DNA from: Thomasclavelia sp.
GTDB lineage: Bacteria; Bacillota_I; Bacilli_A; Erysipelotrichales; Coprobacillaceae
NCBI RefSeq assembly: GCF_047249845.1
Contig: NZ_JBKTWO010000005.1
Coordinates: 15,397-79,396 of the forward strand
Length of the DNA stretch: 64,000 bases
Direction of reading: 5' to 3'
Shown: piece after piece, positions 59,343 through 64,000 of the stretch
Position numbering within the stretch: position 1 is the stretch's first letter
How the letters are laid out: each line of letters starts with the position of its first letter
Translations under genes and position numbers: made by a program
The notes under the pieces: model-generated
Databases searched by the model: none
What the model saw: only the letters and a program-made list of their open reading frames with translations
What the model was told of the DNA's origin: nothing

Positions 59343-59358
59343 TGTTTCACGTGAAACA
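59343..59358. other. parS site
   Basis: TGTTTCACGTGAAACA inside a 34-bp perfect palindrome (59334-59367). Confidence 0.93.
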
Positions 59359-59389
59359 TTAAGAATTTATTTTAATTGAAAAAGACGAT

Positions 59390-60259
59390 TTATTCGTCTT
59401 TTTGATGATATGCTGCATATACTTCATTTTTCTTAAGATTCCTTAATTTAGCTACTTCTTTAATTGAATCTTTAACAGACATTCCTTTACTTACATATTC
59501 ATCAATGTGTTCAATAATAGTCTGCTCAAAAATTTGTTCTTTTATTACATTATTATTACCAGAAACAACTATAACCATTTCTCCCTTTAAATCATTTGAT
59601 ACGTCTATCACTTCACTTAAAAGACCTCTTATTACTTCTTCATGTTTTTTACTTATTTCCCTACATAAAGCAATTTGACGATCCCCAAATATCTCTAACA
59701 TCAACTTTAATGTTTTAGTAATTCGATGCGGAGATTCATAAAATATAATTGTTTCTACATAATTTTTTAACATTTCTAATTCTTTTTTCTTTTTTTTATC
59801 TAAGTGATCTAAAAAACCATAAAATAAGAAAGGTTGTGGAGCTATACCTGAAATAACTAGAGCATTGAGACAAGCACTTGCACCACTTATTGGAATTACA
59901 TTTATATTGTTATTAATTGCTTCTTTGACTAATTCATATCCCGGATCAGAAATAGCCGGATAACCAGCATCACTAACTAATGCTATATTATGTCCTTCCA
60001 ATAATAAATTTATTAATTTTGGTATAGATTGCATTATATTATGCTCATGATGAGAAATTAATTTTGTTTTTATATTAAAGTGGTTTAATAATTTAATTGT
60101 ATTTCTAGTATCTTCTGCACCAATATAGTCTACCTCTTGTAAAATTTTAATTGCACGAAATGTTATCTCATCTAAGTTACCAATTGGTGTGGCTACTAAA
60201 TATAAACATGGTTGTTTATTTTCAAAACTTTTTTGTCTATTCATCAATATTTTCTCCAA
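59390..60259 (-). CDS. rsmI: 16S rRNA C1402 2'-O-methyltransferase
   Basis: LVATPIGNL, AEDTR, SDAG.P.ISDPG and YESPHR motifs. Confidence 0.96.
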   Translation of the reverse strand: MEKILMNRQKSFENKQPCLYLVATPIGNLDEITFRAIKILQEVDYIGAEDTRNTIKLLNHFNIKTKLISHHEHNIMQSIPKLINLLLEGHNIALVSDAGYPAISDPGYELVKEAINNNINVIPISGASACLNALVISGIAPQPFLFYGFLDHLDKKKKKELEMLKNYVETIIFYESPHRITKTLKLMLEIFGDRQIALCREISKKHEEVIRGLLSEVIDVSNDLKGEMVIVVSGNNNVIKEQIFEQTIIEHIDEYVSKGMSVKDSIKEVAKLRNLKKNEVYAAYHQKDE

Positions 60260-60974
60260 ACATTTTTCTTACTTCATTACTATAACTTCCATCTTCATTA
60301 TGTGCATATAATGGAGGCTCAATTCTTAAACCTTTCTTTCCCTTATACATTCCCTCTACTAATAATACATTACTTTCACGACCTATCTTAGGATAAACAA
60401 ACCTCATTCGTTTTGGCTCTATTTCATATTTCTGCATCAAATTTAAAATTTCAATCATTCGATCTGGTCGATGAACCATTGAAAATCTACCTCGATTATC
60501 TAAAATAACAGACGCAGATTTTATAATTTTTTCTAAATCTATCTTTATTTCATGACGAGCAATTGTTAAAAATTCATTTTCATTTAAATTACTTTCCTCA
60601 TCTACTTTAAAAAAGGGAGGATTACAAATAACCAACCCAACTTTTGAAGCATTTTTTACATATTCATTTATATCAGCATGTATAATTTCAATTTGATTAT
60701 CAAGTTTATTTAAAATAATATTTTTCTTTGCTAATTCAACAGCTTCTTTTTGTATTTCAATTCCGATAATATCCTTACTTGTTCTGTTTGATAAGAGTAA
60801 AGGAATAGCTGCATTATTAGTCCCGAAATCAACTATTTTTTTTACATCTTTAGTAATTGTACAAAAATTTGCTAACAAAACTGTATCTAAAGAAAAATTA
60901 AACATATCTTTTCTTTGAATTATTTGCAAATTGTTATAAGCTAATAAATAATTTACTACTTCCATATCTGACAT
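60237..60974 (-). CDS. tRNA1(Val) A37 N6-methyltransferase (YabB-like)
   Basis: FSLDTVLL, CNPPFF, IARHEI and VHRPDR motifs; synteny with yaaT and rsmI. Confidence 0.88.
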   Translation of the reverse strand: MSDMEVVNYLLAYNNLQIIQRKDMFNFSLDTVLLANFCTITKDVKKIVDFGTNNAAIPLLLSNRTSKDIIGIEIQKEAVELAKKNIILNKLDNQIEIIHADINEYVKNASKVGLVICNPPFFKVDEESNLNENEFLTIARHEIKIDLEKIIKSASVILDNRGRFSMVHRPDRMIEILNLMQKYEIEPKRMRFVYPKIGRESNVLLVEGMYKGKKGLRIEPPLYAHNEDGSYSNEVRKMFGENIDE

Positions 60975-61786
60975 TATTTACCACCATTTAAATTAAAAGT
61001 TATTTCATCTAATCCTACAAAAATAACTGCACCATTATTATCAATTTTTATTAAATCATTTATAACATTTAGTCCAAGAACTTTAACATCTTTACCTTCA
61101 TACTTTACACGACTTCCAATTTTAGGAAAACGCTGCTTTTCAATAGTATAAACTTCATCCTCATACTTTAAACAACACATTAATCTTCCACATGCTCCAG
61201 ATATTTTTTCTATATTTATAGCTAACATTTGATTTTTAGCCATATTAATTGATACACCATTAAATTCTCCTAGCAAAGAGGTACAACATAAGGGTAATCC
61301 ACATGTTCCAATTCCTCCAACGACTTTTGCTTTATCTCGAGGTCCAATTTGTCGTAATTCTATACGGCAACGGAAAACAGTAGCTAATTCTTTTAATAAT
61401 TCCCTAAAATCTACTCTTTCATCTGAAGTATACATAAATATTACTTTTGCTTTATCTAAAGTAAACTCACAATTAGTTAATTGCATATCAACTTCATAAC
61501 GAGAAACAATATCTCGACATGTTATCAAAGCTTCTTGAGCATCCATTAAATTTTTTTCATAATCTTCTATATCTTTTAGTGTTGCTTTTCGAGAAATAGA
61601 TTTTAACTCAGTATCAAGATTAAACTCTTCTATAGACATTAATTCTTGAGATATTTCTCCTAATTCAACTCCTCTAGCAGTTTCAACGACAACATGCTCT
61701 CCTTTTTCAAGTTCTAAATCTGTAGAAAAATAATAAACTTTTCCTGCACTTTTAAACTTTACACTTGCTAATTTAAGTTCTTCCAT
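60974..61786 (-). CDS. yaaT: PSP1-domain protein YaaT/RicT
   Basis: RVDFRELLKEL, RIELRQIG.RD, G.CG..LCC and SG.CGRLMCCL.YE motifs. Confidence 0.94.
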   Translation of the reverse strand: MEELKLASVKFKSAGKVYYFSTDLELEKGEHVVVETARGVELGEISQELMSIEEFNLDTELKSISRKATLKDIEDYEKNLMDAQEALITCRDIVSRYEVDMQLTNCEFTLDKAKVIFMYTSDERVDFRELLKELATVFRCRIELRQIGPRDKAKVVGGIGTCGLPLCCTSLLGEFNGVSINMAKNQMLAINIEKISGACGRLMCCLKYEDEVYTIEKQRFPKIGSRVKYEGKDVKVLGLNVINDLIKIDNNGAVIFVGLDEITFNLNGGK

Positions 61787-61799
61787 AACTAAATCCTTT

Positions 61800-62741
61800 C
61801 TATAATCTATACATCAAGCTATCCATTAATAACGCTACATTTGCATTACTTTCTATTACATAAATTGTTTCTAATACTAGTTCAATTTGTTTTATTAAAT
61901 CATCCACAGATACATCTATAGATTTGAATAAATCAATATTTTTTGAATATAAGATTTTTTGATGATGTTTCACGTGAAACACATCTTTCATTGCTAATAC
62001 TAACATATTTAAAAATAGTTTAATATCATTACGCTCTTTATATTTTTTTAATAAATTGGTTTGTGTATTAATAATTAAATTATTACGTTTAAAATACAAG
62101 TCTTCTATAAAATTAATAACTTGTACTTGCATAAATTCAAATCTTTCATCATATAAATCTATAGCTTCAGTAAGATCTACAGTTAAAAATGATAATATAT
62201 TTGCAGCATCAACTGGAATGTTGTCGTTTATAAGTTGTTCAACAATTATTTCTTTACTATCAGGTTTAATATCTATTACTTGACAACGTGATAAAATTGT
62301 TGGTAATACTCTATTTATATTTTTAGCAGTAAACAAAGCATAGATTCCCTCTCCAGGTTCCTCTAACATCTTTAATAATGAATTCATAGCTTCTTTAGTA
62401 GAATATTCAATATTTTCAATTATATATATTTTTGCTTTTCCCTCCAATGAGGATTTTTTAAAAGTATCTTGAATTAGTTCAATATCACTTTTTTTTATTG
62501 ATACAACTTTCCCATTAAATTTTATTATATCACCATACTTATTCTCTAAAACTTTTCGACAATCATTACACTTCATACAAGCTAAAGTTTCATCACAAAT
62601 CAAAGACATCGCTAAAAAATTTAAAGGCTTATCTGTATTATTTCCTACCAATAAAAATGCATGTGGAATTTTCCCTTGTGAAAATTCATTATTTATTAAG
62701 TTATAAAAAATTGGCTGATATTTTTCTAGATATTCTTTCAT
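61800..62741 (-). CDS. holB: DNA polymerase III delta prime subunit
   Basis: HAFLL, C..C..C, NSLLKMLEEP and LPTILSRC motifs; between tmk and yaaT. Confidence 0.92.
   Translation of the reverse strand: MKEYLEKYQPIFYNLINNEFSQGKIPHAFLLVGNNTDKPLNFLAMSLICDETLACMKCNDCRKVLENKYGDIIKFNGKVVSIKKSDIELIQDTFKKSSLEGKAKIYIIENIEYSTKEAMNSLLKMLEEPGEGIYALFTAKNINRVLPTILSRCQVIDIKPDSKEIIVEQLINDNIPVDAANILSFLTVDLTEAIDLYDERFEFMQVQVINFIEDLYFKRNNLIINTQTNLLKKYKERNDIKLFLNMLVLAMKDVFHVKHHQKILYSKNIDLFKSIDVSVDDLIKQIELVLETIYVIESNANVALLMDSLMYRL
61966..61981. other. parS site within holB
   Basis: TGTTTCACGTGAAACA, within the VFHVKH codons. Confidence 0.9.
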
Positions 62742-63361
62742 AATTTACTCTTTATAACATCAATAACTTGATTTGTAACTTCCTCAATTGTTTTATTAGC
62801 ATCAATTTTAGTAATTCTATCAGAATATTTATTACAAATAATCATATATCCATCATATACCTTTTTATGAAAATCTTTTGATTCTAAATCTAGTCTATCT
62901 ACAACTCTAGCATTCTTTTTAATTCTAGCTAATCCAATTTCATAAGGAATATCAAAAAAAACTGTTAAATCAGGCATAATATCCCCAATGGCAAATAAAT
63001 TCATTTGATAAACTTCATCTATACCAATTCCCCTTGCTATACCTTGATATACTAGTGAACTATCTACAAATCTATCACAAATTACAATATAATCATCCTC
63101 TAAAGCTGGTTTTACTTTTTCAATTAAATGTTGTCTTCTTGCTGCAGCATACAATAATGCTTCAGTTCTAGCTTCCATAGTAATATTTTTTTTGTCCAAA
63201 ATTATATTTCTAATTTGTTCTGATATATCAATCCCACCAGGCTCTCTTGTCAATAAAACTTTATATCCTTCTTTTCTTAGTCTATCATATACTATTTTTG
63301 AAATAGTGGTTTTGCCACTACCATCAGGTCCTTCTAGTGTAATGAATTTTCCTTTCATCAT
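62738..63361 (-). CDS. tmk: Thymidylate kinase
   Basis: EGPDGSGKTT, TREPGG and DRFVDSS..YQG motifs. Confidence 0.97.
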   Translation of the reverse strand: MMKGKFITLEGPDGSGKTTISKIVYDRLRKEGYKVLLTREPGGIDISEQIRNIILDKKNITMEARTEALLYAAARRQHLIEKVKPALEDDYIVICDRFVDSSLVYQGIARGIGIDEVYQMNLFAIGDIMPDLTVFFDIPYEIGLARIKKNARVVDRLDLESKDFHKKVYDGYMIICNKYSDRITKIDANKTIEEVTNQVIDVIKSKL

Positions 63362-63442
63362 ATTTTCCTTTCACATTATTATTCAAAATAATCTATAGTA
63401 AATTATAACATATGTGTTACTTTGATACAATTTAATACTTTT

Positions 63443-63485
63443 TTAGCACTCTAATATTGACAGTGCTAAAAATTAAGTTTATAAT
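63443..63485 (+). promoter_or_regulatory. CIRCE element overlapping a consensus sigma-A promoter
   Basis: TTAGCACTC-N9-CAGTGCTAA (63443-63469); TTGACA (63457-63462), 17 bp, TATAAT (63480-63485). Confidence 0.9.
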
Positions 63486-63567
63486 AATAGTGTAATCAGA
63501 TAGGTATACTGATTACACCCTTATTAGTAATTTCAAATTAACAATTTATTGGAAAGAGGCGATAGAT

Positions 63568-63984
63568 ATGAAATTACTTCCTGGATTTAGTACTTTTGAT
63601 GATGTTTTTAATAATATGTTCAATGATTCTTTCCTTAAAAGTACTAGTAACTATATGCGAACAGATGTTAAAGAAGTTGATAATAACTATGTACTGGAAA
63701 TGGAATTAGCAGGTTTCAACAAAGAAGATATTTCAATTGAATTACATGAAGGTTATTTAACTATTACAGGTAATAAATCTTCAAATGTTGATAAAAAAGA
63801 TAATGATGGAAATATTATTCGTCAAGAAAGATATTCTGGATCTTGCAGCCGTAGTTTTTATGTAGGTGAAGATTTAAAACAAGAAGATATTAAGGCTAGT
63901 TATAGCAATGGTGAGTTAAAAATTATTTTACCTAAAATAGCATCCAAACAAGTTGAAAATCGTAAATATATTCAAATCGATTAA
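63568..63984 (+). CDS. Hsp20/alpha-crystallin small heat-shock protein
   Basis: MRTDVKE, G..KEDI, RQERY.G...RSF and A.Y.NG.L.I motifs. Confidence 0.95.
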   Translation: MKLLPGFSTFDDVFNNMFNDSFLKSTSNYMRTDVKEVDNNYVLEMELAGFNKEDISIELHEGYLTITGNKSSNVDKKDNDGNIIRQERYSGSCSRSFYVGEDLKQEDIKASYSNGELKIILPKIASKQVENRKYIQID

Positions 63985-64000
63985 TAAAAACAACTGTATG

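Overview
Very AT-rich chromosomal segment from a low-GC, Spo0A-encoding Firmicute. ChW-repeat surface proteins and gene content suggest an Erysipelotrichales gut organism; this is inference only. Left to right: (1) 1-25.9 kb, a cell-wall polysaccharide region with Wzm/Wzt(+Wzt_C), a methyltransferase-kinase fusion, a GT2+DUF2304/Wzx/GT-C-like side-chain module and a priming sugar transferase. It also holds two large ChW-repeat secreted enzymes and unannotated pseudogenes (a decayed second priming transferase, a GT14). (2) 28.9-39.5 kb, a compact headless siphophage-tail cassette: S24 repressor, late activator, scaffold vestige, tail terminator, major tail protein, chaperones, an unannotated Com-like zinc finger, tape measure, Dit, Tal, RBP, holin and amidase. 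It has no capsid, portal, terminase, integrase or replication gene, making it a candidate F-type tailocin with visible operators, a late promoter and a possible RNA-level switch on the tape measure gene. (3) 39.5-53.4 kb, GH20, rmlACB, an L,D-transpeptidase, two LCP proteins and a convergent pair of Spo0A homologues. (4) 53.6-64 kb, origin-proximal housekeeping genes (yggS, T-box metG, small alarmone synthetase, rsmI, yaaT, holB, tmk, CIRCE-controlled hsp20) with three perfect parS sites. All calls were made by eye from motifs and synteny; no searches were run.
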